Shown here: piece by piece, positions 50,242 to 61,892 of the stretch
Numbering within the stretch: position 1 is the first letter of the stretch
How the letters are laid out: every line of letters starts with the position of its first letter
Source: Takakia lepidozioides
Lineage: Eukaryota > Plantae > Bryophyta
Assembly: GCA_030704615.1 (NCBI GenBank)
Contig: CM060732.1
Coordinates: forward strand, 26,164,001 to 26,228,000
DNA: 64,000 bases
Direction of reading: 5' to 3'
Position numbers and translations under genes: made by a program
The notes under the pieces: model-generated
The model's database searches: none
Told to the model about the DNA's origin: nothing
Seen by the model: only the letters and a program-made list of their open reading frames with translations

Positions 50242-50841
50242 CTTGTTGACACGGCAGTAAGATCCGTGGGGAGTTGATGAACGTTTACTGCCATCAGCTC
50301 GATCATCGAAATGCCCACTCCAAATCCTCCGCCATACTCAAAGATCGATTGCGCTGAACACATTCGTTTGAATGGGCAAGTGTCTGCAAGGAACTCATGG
50401 AGTGAAATCATGCTGCTGGTTTGTTCTGAGCATCACTGAAGACATGCTGGATAATCTTTTCCTCTTCCTAGCATGTGGATTGTCCCTGTTCTAAGCCTTG
50501 CCTTGTCGTGTGCCTTGAGGATCCAACCTAGAGACCATCTATCTGCTGGAGTGGCAAAACACCAGGGATGAAAATACTGCCTCTGCGATGAAACCTGCTT
50601 TTTTGGGCCAGAAGACGCCTGTGCGAAGAGTTTTTGGTATACTGGAATTCCTTGAGGGCAAGTCTGTGGACCACTTCGATCTGCGAATGCACACGATCAT
50701 TTCAAAAGCATTCTCATCGCCCCTTATGTCTGTCTTTCACAACGCGGATGTTGGAGGGAGGACCCGAGCAATTGCAATGATCCAGCTCGCAGCAAACGCT
50801 TGTTGTGTCTCCACGACCACTGTGAAAGCCGTTTTAACAAG

Positions 50842-53800
50842 ATGACCCGCAGTATGTCTCTCACAAGTACCATTGGGTGCTCAAAAGCTACTCGCTGCTA
50901 TGGGCTTTCAAAGAAAGATTTGGAGAGTTCGGTATGTGTTCTACTTCCATCCCTTTCGTTTTTTTACTTGTGAGTTCGGGGTTCAACGGTGGTTCATGTG
51001 CGAGAGATATGAAGGGGGCAACAGTATTTGGCATTAAGCTCTGGAATGTGCATCATGCAGGGCGGTGGGGGTTCAAGGCTGGCATCAGACCCATCGTCTT
51101 GTGGGGGATGAAAGTGGGAGTAAAGGTATGACTCTGAGCACTTCCGCCATCACCACTGCTGCTAAAGCAAAGAAGGGGGGGAGAAACGACAACAATTTTG
51201 CACCTAGTGGGCAGGTGAGCACATTATGCAAGGAGGAGCGAGAGAAAGATACAGTGTATCTTCTGGATTTCATGGAACAACGAGGCCTCTGGGCGTACTG
51301 CGATACGTGTGCTCGTCTCTTGCAGGGTTATGCTAAGACGAAGGCCCTGGTAGATGGAAGGGGTGTCCATGAGCACATCGTGAAAAGTGGGTTTCAGCCC
51401 AATCTCTTCTTAGGAAACACCCTTGTCAGCATGTATTGCAAGTGCGGGAGTATTGCGGATGCTCGCCAAGTGTTCGACAAAATGCTTGAACGGAATGTGG
51501 TCTCATGGACTGCGATGATTGCAGGATTAGCCAAGCAAGGGCATGCTCGAGAGTCATTTGTGCTATTTTGGCAAATGCAGCGAGAAGGCGTGGATCCAAA
51601 CAAGGTCACTTTCATCAGCATCCTCAACGCATGTGCCAGCCCTGCAGATCTGGAACAGGGCAAGCTGCTCCATGCAGCCATCATCAAAGCTGGATTTGCG
51701 TTAGATGTTAGAGTGGGGAATGCTCTTGTCAGCATGTATTGCAAGTGCGGCAGTGTGGAGGATGCGCGGAAAGTGTTTGAGGAAATGCCAAGGAAAGACG
51801 TGATCTCCTGGAATGCGATGATTGCAGGATTAACGCAGCAAGGGCATGGTGAAGGCGCATTTGAACTCTTTCGACGACTGCATCGAGGAGGTGTGAGGGC
51901 AGATGACGTGACTTTCATCAATATCCTCGATGCATGTGCCATTCCAGCAGCGCTGGAAAAGGGAAAGTTGCTCCATGCAGCCATCATTGAAGCAGGATGG
52001 GAGTCGGATGTTCGAGTGGGGACTGCTCTTGTCAGAATGTATTGCAGGTGCAGGAGTGTAGTTGATGCCAAACAAGTGTTTGACAGAATCCCTACACGAG
52101 ATGTTATTTTATGGACAGTGATGGTTGCAGGATTAGCGCAGCAAGGGCATGGTGAAGAGGCGTTTGAACTCTTCTGGCAAATGCACCGAGAAGGTGTGAA
52201 GGCAGACAAGCTCATTTTCATAAGCATCCTCAAGGTATGTGGCAGCCCAGTAGACCTGGGAAAGGGAAAATGGCTCCATGATGCCATCTTAAAGGCGGGA
52301 TTGGATTCAGATGTCCAAATGGGCGCTGCCCTTGTTAGCATGTATTTCAGATGTGGGAGTTCGGTGGATGCGCAGAGAGTCTTTGAAAAAATGCCCAATC
52401 GAGATGTAAATTTATGGAATGCCATGATTGCAGGATTAGGTCAGCAAGGGCATGGTACAGAGGCCTTTGAAATTTTCCTGCAAATGCAACAAGAAGGTGT
52501 AAAGGCAGAGAAGTTGACTTTTATCACCATCCTTAATTCATGTGCCACCCCAGCAGAATTGGAACACGGTAAGTGGGTTCATGCAAACATCGTCAATGCT
52601 GGATGGGAGTCTGATGTTCAAGTGGGGACTGCCCTTGTCAGCATGTATAGCAAGTGTGGGAGTGTGATGGATGCTCTCCAAGTTTTTGTCAAAATGCCTA
52701 TGGGAGATGTGGTTGCTATTTTGAGCATACTTAAGGCATGTTTCAGCCCAGCAGCTCTCCAATTAGGCAAGACGATCCACACTGCCATCATCCAGGCTGG
52801 ATTCTATTCAGATGTCCGAGTTGGGACTGCCCTTGTGAGCATGTATTGCAAATGCAGAAGTCTGGTGGATGCACAGCATGTGTTTGACAGAATGCCTGAA
52901 CGCAATGTCATCACATGGACTGCAATGATTGCAGGATCTGCTCAGCATGGTAATTTTGAGGAGGCTTTTGCTCTCTTTCAGCAAATGCAAGGAGAAGGTG
53001 TGAAGCCTGATGAGGTCACTTTCACTTGCATCCTTGAAGCATGTGCCAGCCTAGCAGCCCTGGAAGAGGGAAATAGTGTCCATGCCCTCATCATGAAATC
53101 TGAATTGCAGTCAAATGTCCGAGTTGGCAATGCCCTTGTTGGCATGTATGCCAAGTGTGGGAGGGTGGAGGATGCATGGCAAGCCTTTGACAGAATTCCT
53201 AAACGAGACGCGGTCTCATGGACTGTGATGATCAGGGCGTACGCCGAGCATGGGTGTGGTAAGGAAGCCCTCCAACTTTTTGAACATATGCAAAGGGAAG
53301 GGGTAAAGCCAGACAAAGTCACATTTATTGGCATCCTCTCTGCATGCAGCCATGCAGGCCTAGTAAATGAAGGCCGCCATTATTTCAGTTCCATGAGCCA
53401 AAATCATGGTGTCACCCCCACACCAGAGCACTATGGCTGTATGGTCGATCTCCTTGGCCGTGCAGGTTACCTGGATGAAGCAGATGAACTAATTACCAAG
53501 ATGCCTTTCCTCCCAGCTGCACCAGCATGGGGGGCCTTGCTTGGTGCATGCACAATCCACGGCAATGTGGAGCTGGCAGAACGTGCAGCGGAATTTACTC
53601 TCAAGTTGGAACCTCAAAATCCAGCAGTGTATGTGCTGCTCTCAAACGTATATTCGGCGGCTGGCAGGTGGGATGATGTAGCAAAGATAAGAAAGGTAAT
53701 GGAGAACAGAGGCATTAAGAAAAAGCCAGGGTGCAGCTGGATTGAGGTCAGGAACAGGGTACATACATTTGTTGTACATGATAGATCACACCCACAAATA

Positions 53801-54133
53801 GAGGAGATCCATGCCGAGTTGGAGAGATTGAGTATGCAGATGAAGGAAGCAGGTTATGTGCCCAACCCATGTCATGTGTTGCATGATGTTGATGACCAGA
53901 CGAAAGAACAAGCTCTCTGCCACCACAGTGAAAAACTGGCCATTGCTTTTGGGCTCATCAGCACGCCCCCTGGGACACCTATCCGCATAATCAAGAACCT
54001 TCGTGTATGTAGAGATTGTCACAGTGCTTCCAAGTTCATCTCCAAGATTGCAGGGAGAGAAATTATTGCAAGGGATGCCAACCGCTTTCATCACTTCAAG
54101 AATGGGGCATGTTCTTGTGGGGATTATTGGTGA
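50842..54133 (+). CDS. PLS-PPR gene 3: DYW-class RNA editing factor (22 PLS motifs + E1/E2 + DYW)
   Basis: PGCSWIEV, HSEKLAIAFG, KNLRVCRDCH, CSCGDYW. First exon 50842/50900-50931, main exon from 51061 (or 51089). Confidence 0.95.
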
Positions 54134-54258
54134 TGAGTAGCATATTAGTCTCAAAGCTACTGGGTCTTCAGTCAATGTTGTGCAGGCTGTCTCGAGCACA
54201 ATCACCCTATGTCCCTGCGGCTGCAATTTTAATGGTAGAAGGCTGTCTCTCTCTCCCC

Positions 54259-54434
54259 CTATCCCCAGCGGTGTTGATGGCCGTAAGGCTATGGCAAGCC
54301 AACGTTCGCTGGGAGCTGCATGAGTACATTTTTTTCTATCCCCAGTCTATTCCACCCAACCTGTCTGCAGGGTCCTATGGCCGCAGGCTACAGCAAACAG
54401 CATCTTATGAGTACATTCACCCTATCCCCAGTCT
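54259..54434 (+). mobile_element. Two tandem ultra-short retrocopies of the LINE 3' end found in the ALB3 introns
   Basis: ATGGCCG.A.GCTA..GCAA...ATGAGTACATT twice, separated and flanked by three copies of CTATCCCCAG (54259, 54336, 54422). Confidence 0.7.
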
Positions 54435-54875
54435 CTAATACCTTGGTCCCCACAGCTGAATCAAGGAGGGTTAGAAATCCGCGGTGGACTATGGCCTAAG
54501 GGTTCAAGATCCCCAGGAAGGGGGCAATGACTTGTCCCCCTTTCCTCGTTGAGCAAGGTTGCTAAAAAATGAACAAAAAAGTGACACATTTCACCCACCA
54601 AACAAAACTGAGGAAACAAAAGAGGTCGAAACCACTGTTGGGCGGATATTACATTTTTTAATACCAGCCGGGTCCGGGTATTGAAAAAAATTACTTTCAA
54701 TACCAGCTGGTTCCAGAGTAAACTCACTTAATTCTAATATCTGCTGGTTCTCAATAGTAGTATGATTTTTTATTTGTGGGACGGGTATCAATAGGACGGG
54801 TATTCCCATCGTAATACCAGCTGGCTATAAACCCCGATATAAATAATTGAAATTAAAATAACCACCAAATCATTA

Positions 54876-57800
54876 ATCAATATATGAAGCGAGATGTTTG
54901 TTTTGTTTTGTTTTGTCACGTTGAGATGTCCCGAACCGGCTTGGTGCCGTTGGAAAGCCCTCGATGAGGACGGGTGCACCGGCTTGGTCTCACGGTTCTT
55001 GGACCTGCGGTGTGGGAGATGTGGAATTTCAAGTACTTTTGGTCGTGAAAAATAGCGAAGTGGATTTTCCTATAACAATGATTGGCCTTTCATTTGTCTT
55101 TGTGCACGTGGACGTAAATGTAAAGTGGACCAATTTCGGAAGAGCAAAGAATAGGACCAATCATAGACAAGCTGAAACGCAAACTTGTTTTCTGGGGATC
55201 CAGACACCTCTCTCTAACTAGAAGGGCACTGATAGCCAACCAGGTTATTGTGGCCAGCATTTGGTACTTTGCATCAGTGTGGAGCCCATCCCCAGCCTAC
55301 TTAAAAGAAATGAGGAGAATCATAAGAAATTTTGTTTGGGGAGCAAGCTCCAATACTCAGCATGTCAGACCTGCAATTTCTTGGGCCCAAATCTGCAGCA
55401 AAAGAAAGCTAGGGGGCTTGGTATCTTGGATCCAGTCAATCAAATAGACGCCTTTACTTGGAAAATGGATCTTGAGACTATTGGGACCCCATTCTTCCTG
55501 GTGGAAACCAATGGTTTTGAGGCATATCCTTCAAAGCTCCCCCTTGAAAAATGCCCAGTGGTCAAGCTCAGTTCGTTGGATTGTTAATGGTTTCAAGCAT
55601 AAAGAGCCTGGCTCTCCGCTATGGAAAGCAATATGGAAATCATGGGGCAGGTTGAGGCCATACCTCATCAAAGGAGAGCCCTCATCTTACGAGGGAGTCA
55701 TTCGTCAACATCTGTTCCTTAACTCCAACACTCACAACCAGATTGACCGTGGATCTGCGAAGAGGTGGTCTGCATGGGATCACCATGGAATTGCACAGAT
55801 CGGAAATATCTGGTCGGGCTCAGCACTATGGTGCCAGGGGCACATAAACCAGATTGTAGGAGCAGCCAGAGGAAATGCAAGTTATGCCGGCATCATCTAG
55901 ACCATCCCTGCATCTTGGATATGCATCCTACAGCAGGGGCCGTTGCCTCCATTGCCCGACACTTGGGTTACATGCTCAGCCAGACCTAATCAGGTCAATT
56001 ACGTGACAGATTTCAACAGCATTCAAATCACTGGCCTCGCTATGCACTGCTGCCCTCAATCAAACATCCTGCACCTCAAGCACACCCGGTCAACATCAAA
56101 GGGGGGAACTTCTCCTCTATCAGAGTATGCCAATGGTCAACCAGTGAAAAGCTCATGAACCCCGCTAAGCCTCCCGGGTCCGCCTTGATCGCTTGGATTA
56201 AGGCAAATACATTTGTATGGATTGGGGGCAGACCTATCATGCAACTTCAGTTGGACCCTCAAGAATGGACATGGGATCTTGATGGAAAACCATCATTTTT
56301 TCAATACACTACCAAAAAAAGGTACAAGTGCCTCAACACTAGCTCCATACCCTTCTCCAAATGGGACAACAAATGGAGAGCCTATGGATTTCGAAACGAA
56401 CGATGGCAAATAATCTGGAAAGGCATATGGGTCAAAACCAGACCTGCAAAGCTGGCCGCCTTTCTCTGGTAGATCATAAATAGAATTTTAAAGGTAGGGC
56501 GTTCGCTTCAATTCACCCGTGCACTGCTCTGCACATGCTGCTCGCTTGGGGTTTCAGAATCCGTGGAACACTGCCTACTGCAATGCAACATACCTTCAAA
56601 AATCTGGCCCAAAATTCACTGGATGCTCGGACACTGGTATGACCAAGCCTCTTTAACTCCAATCAACCTGCTACTGAATTATGATCCCATCACCAAACAA
56701 CCTTTATCCCAATGCCCTGTTTTTTACACGATCAGGGCTGTCGGGCTCTGGCACATCTGGAAAGCCAGATGCGCATGGACCCTGGGAAATACAAAATCCA
56801 CTGTCTTATTCATTCTAGCTATGATCTTCTTTGACATCCAAACTGAAGCTCGAAAGGCCTGGGCCAAACTTTCTGCAGACATCAGCAAGCATCCGCAAGC
56901 TCAATATCAGCTCCACCACGACTTCATCACCTCATGGGCAATGCATGGAATCGTATGCACAAGCCCTTCGCCAACAACCTGCATTTGGAGTTCCATCCCT
57001 CAAGAATGGAGAAATTGCAACTCGCCACTGCCCTGAATCGTCAGACTTCGACCGCGACATCAATTGGAGACACATCAAGGGCAAGAGTTCGCTGAAGCTC
57101 AACTTCAATCACTGATCACATCGTCTTTCTTCCAGGGCTCTCCAGAATGCTCGTCAAAGTCCTCCTAGGCAGGCAATTACAAATTTTGATCCTTCTTCGT
57201 AGGGGTACAACACAACACTTAATTTTCTGCATTTATGCATCATTGAACTGCATGGGGTATGGCCGACTATGGTCGACCGTCCTCTCATCCCCGGACCTTT
57301 TTGGTCCTCGTCATGGCCGGTTCGGCAGTCTCTCTTGATTATGTCTCGGGCTCGTCCCTCATCCCATGGATGTGTATCATGCCTTATGGCATCAATGGGG
57401 TTAATTTTTCCCCAAAAATTAATGAATTGGCCAACGCCTTTTTATTTACAAAAAATAAATAAAAATAAAAATGCTTTTATAAAATATTGGCTTTCACGTG
57501 CACAAAAGATCTCCCAAACTGCAGGGGCTTTGGCCACGATTTTAGTACCGTTGGAAGGCCCTCGATGAGAAGGGGTGCACCGACTCGGTTTCACAAAATT
57601 TGGACCTACGGGTTGAGACTTATGGAATTATAAAATAATTTTGGTCGCTGAAAATTCAACTAAATTACAAAATCAAAGTGTTGGAAGGACACTGGAGGTT
57701 GCGTTTGGACTTAGATAAAGGCCACGATTTTGGTACCATTGGAATGACACTGGAGGTCGCACCTGGGGCCTCTTACATAGGAGAAGCACTTTGATACATA

Positions 57801-59108
57801 GGAGATTGCACTTGGGCTTAGATGGACCTTAACATAGGAAAACTATCCTAGTCAATATATGAAGCGAGACGTTTGTTGGCTCTCTTGTAGAGAGAGACTT
57901 TGCAACATGTTGAAGTCAATGGAGAAAATGTGGTCAAAGGACCTTACACCGTGTCAAGGCTCCGATTGGTGTGTTGTGCTGAGTCATGCCCCTGCCCTTC
58001 CCTTACTCTCACATCCTCTTATGTTTTGCCAAAGCAAGAGAGCCCATCGCTGTTTTAGGCTTGTTTTGTTTTGTTTTGTTTTGTCACGTTGAGATGTCCC
58101 GAACCACGGGGCCCCAGCCTTGATGCTTGGTACCGTTGGAAAGCTCTTGGTGAGGAGGGGTGCACCGGCTTGGTCTCATGGTTTTTGGACCTGCGGTGTG
58201 GGAGACGTGGAATTTCAAGTACTTTTGGTCGCTGGAAAATTGGGAAAAAAATAGCAAAGTGAGCTTTCCTGTAGCAATGATTGGCCCTTCAGGTGGGAGA
58301 TTTGGAATTTCAAGTACTTTTGGTTGTTGGAAATTCGCAAAGTGGATATATCAACATATGAAGCCTCGACAGGGGAGATTGCAAAAATAGGAAAGTGGGC
58401 TTTGTTGGAACAATGACGTGAAGATCTCCCCTCTCTGGATGCATAGGGGATTGCACTTGGACTTAGATGACATTGGACACTAGAGGTCGAACTTGGGCCT
58501 CTACATGGGAGCAACACTTTGACATATAGAAGATTGCATTTCAATTTTTCACACATGGGCCAATGGCACATAGTACCCTAAATTTCCCAAATATGAGGGT
58601 CCTGGATACATAGGGGATTGCACTTGGACTTAGATGGCACTGGACACTTGGGCCAACGACACAGGCTACCCTAGAGGTCGCACTTGGGCCTCAACATACA
58701 AGACGCACTTGGATACATAGGGGAATTTCAAAGTATTTTTGGTCGTTGGAAATTTGCGAAAAATAGTAAAGTGGGCTTTCTTGGGACAATGATTGGAGCC
58801 TCGACAGGAGATATATCAAGGATACATAGGAAATTGCACTTGGTCTTAGATTTCAATTCTTCACACGTGGCCAACGGCATAGGCTACACTAGAGGTCGCA
58901 CTTGGGCCTTGACATAGGAGACACACTGGGATACATAGAGGGGATTGCACTTGAACTTCGATGACACTGGACACTTGGGCCAACGACATAGACTACCCTA
59001 GTCAATGTATAAAGACATTTGTTTGTTTGTTTTGTAGCGTCGTTGAGATCTCCCAAATCATAGAGCACCAGTGCGGCTACTTGGTGCCGTTGGAAAGCCC
59101 TCGATGAG
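54876..59108 (+). repeat. Array of a complex dispersed repeat (CCGTTGGAAAGCCCTCGATGAG / GGATTGCACTTGGACTTAGAT modules), interrupted by a LINE
   Basis: Motif copies at ~54945, 57545, 58130 and 59085; GATACATAGG..TTGCACTTGG modules repeated 57790-58980. Confidence 0.85.
55090..57480 (+). mobile_element. Degenerate 5'-truncated L1-like LINE (post-RT region and zf-RVT)
   Basis: RALIANQVIVASIWY..RNFVWG..ISWAQIC..GGL, WKAIWK, ESVEHCLLQC, LWHIWKAR; frameshifts; A-rich stretch at ~57450-57470. Confidence 0.85.
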
Positions 59109-59109
59109 G

Positions 59110-61207
59110 TAAATAAAAATCAGAGGATTGTTTATCCTCCAGGTAAGGATAAATTATTTATATGTCCACTTATTTATCCTACGGATAAGAGTAAATTATT
59201 TATATATCCATTTATTTATTCTAAGCATAAAGGGTAAAGTCCAATATTTTTGACCGGATAAAGATAAATACCGGGTAAGGATAAATGATTTACCCTTTTT
59301 ATACCCGCCGGACAAATAAAAGATGTATTGAAGGATACAAATTTTTTTTTATCTATTATGCTCAACTCAAAAAATATAACTAAATAATTAAGATAATCAA
59401 TTTTTGGTCTATTTTTCGGTTTAGTATGAGGCTCATTGTATCATATATTGTGAATAACTATATAAAATGATAGATGATCATGAGCGCAGTGTTTCTTCAA
59501 ACCAAAGAATCTAGGTGAAGATAATAATGAAACAAAGAAAAATATGACTATGCAATGTAATATATAATCTCAAGACCTAAACCAAACAAAACATGGGCTC
59601 AGGCATCTCCCCGCCCCCCCCCTCCTCCTCATACGATACAAGACTCGTGGGCGCACCCCTGGTACACTTAGGCCCAACCTTTCCCAAATATCCCCTACTA
59701 TATGCACACTACACCGATGGCTCCCACTCTGGCTCCTGCGCCGGGTATGGAGTCTATTATGCGGCCACCAACAAGGGGACCGTCCACCGACTCCCAAGAC
59801 CTGTCACCATATTACGTGCCGAACTTATGGTCATCTACGAACCCTCTCCCAACTAGCCATGTTTCTCCCACCGTACTACATTTTCACTAACAGCTTGACC
59901 TCACTCTTTCTCTTGCATAACCATATAGCTTGCCCTTTCTCCCACCTTCATCACCCAGACCGTAACCTTATCTCAACTATCATCACCCTGGCTATCTCAA
60001 TTGACAAACCCATTCATTTTCTTAAAGTACGTTCACATACCGGAATTAACGGAAATGAGGAGGCTGACCTCTTTTCTCAGCATGGGGCCTCCAAACCACT
60101 AGTGGAACCCTCGGCCGATCCCATACATATTGCACATGCTCACCCGTTCTAGTTAACACACCCGATCCCAAGTCCACCTGAACCCCGGCCTATACGAAAC
60201 CTCTGATCTACCCTATCTAAATAAGCCAACAAACAAACCGCAGAGTCCCTTAGCCACACCAAACAACATATCCAAAAATGGTCACATTCCGAAGTACTCC
60301 ACCATAGATTGTCCAATCGCTTCTGGCACACTACAATTGCCTCTGATGCACAAATCTGTCAAACTCTCAAATTCAGATTTGCCCAGTATATAGGTCACCA
60401 ACGGAAACACACCTTCTGGCCTACCATATTTCCATCCCCACACTGCCCCCTCTGCTCCTACATTCATGTGGCACGTGATACTTGGCCGTATCTTCTCAGC
60501 GAATGCCCCCACCCAGTCATACACGGCCTCCGCATTGCCCGACACAACCATGTCGTATGGTACATCCATAAACTTCTTCTACGACACAAAGAAACTAGAT
60601 GGTTTTCATTCATTAATGCATGCACATTCCAAGGCCGACCCCCTGACCATACCAACATGGCTACTTCCATATGTCTGCCGACCCCATGCTGTTTGCACTT
60701 GTCCTTCCAGACTCTGTCCATATATTCTCTTAGACTTCCCATAAACAGTCTCCCACCCGCCACTCCTTCCTCGTCAATCACCATACACTTCATCGAATTC
60801 ACATATTGTCATGACCGCTTCCCCCATACCTCCACCCTTGAAAAACAACAGAAATATATTTCACTCATTCTAGCTATCCGCCGGCACGGTTGGTCCATAG
60901 GCCCGCTCTCCGTCATCACTGCTGTAACCAGAGGCGGTATACATAACGACAACATCTCAACACTTCAAAATAATTTTAACCTCCCTATCACCGCGATACA
61001 TAAATGCTTCAAGGCCATACACCTCACGGCGCTCCGATCCCTTATAATCATTACTAATAAGCGACAGCTCGAATCCAATCCATCTTCGGTACCCCAGGGA
61101 ACCCTAGGTACTCCGTATCCTCGGTTACCTGACACCTGTTTTCTTTATAGGGCCCACCCCCGAAAGAGGCAGTAGCCGCAAGACAAAGTGGCTCTTAGTT
61201 ACGCCGG

Positions 61208-61250
<43 letters not shown>

Positions 61251-61892
61251 ATCTCAAGGCCTATGACTAATAAAATGACATAATCACTGTATCCTCTCTA
61301 TGAAGTTCTCTATGATTTGTAGTGTACCATCTCATGTATGTTATCTCGTAGTAGGAAGGGTAAGAGAAATTGAAATATCGCTCTATGTCCACTTCTTGGG
61401 TGGTAGATGTTAGACAGGCCCTAACAACATTTCCATCTTCATGTGTCAATCCCAAGAGGGCAACTAACTTCAGAGACAAGAAGAGGGGGTTAGGGAGAGC
61501 ACTTACAAGTTGGTGGAAGAGCTGGCATTAGTACAGATACTAAGGCCATTCACCACTCAATGTCTTTATCCGTTGGCTATCCCAATGTTAATTGCAAGAC
61601 AAGCTGTTGCTTTCATTTTTAATCGGAAGAAGGACTCCACGAGGAGGAAGACGTGCCAAGATACCTTACATTTCTTTATTTACCCTTTGTATTTATCCTT
61701 AAGTATTAAATATTTACTGGCAGATAAAGGGTATATAGAAATTATTTACCCATTAGACGAGTAAGGGTAACTCAAATTATTTACCCGTTTGAAGGGTAAG
61801 TATAGGGGTAAATAAAATGGACAAACCGGGGTAAATCATTTACCCTTACCTTGATTTACTCGTCGGGTAAATGATTTACCCGCACAACACTG
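59110..61892. mobile_element. Partial hAT-type MITE (right end CAACACTG, GGTAAAT/TTACCC repeats); left terminus not found
   Basis: GGGTAAATGATTTACCC-type motifs at 59110-59320 and 61670-61880; terminal CACAACACTG at 61883-61892. Confidence 0.6.
59580..61248 (+). mobile_element. 5'-truncated LINE with RNase H + Zn knuckle + restriction-like endonuclease (Dualen/RandI-like)
   Basis: YTDGS..RAEL..FTNSL..KVRSHTGINGNEEAD (RNase H); CPLC..ECPH..ARHN..IHFIEFTYC..EKQQKY (RLE-like); (CT)n tail; 15-bp TSD TAATCTCAAGRCCTA (59565-59579, 61249-61263). Confidence 0.85.

Noticed and set aside
51394-52425. 343-aa antisense ORF and similar ORFs opposite the PPR genes
   Set aside because: Shadow ORFs of repetitive PPR coding sequence
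57500-59108. CRISPR-like or regular satellite array
   Set aside because: Eukaryotic context; modules are irregular and degenerate with no unique spacers
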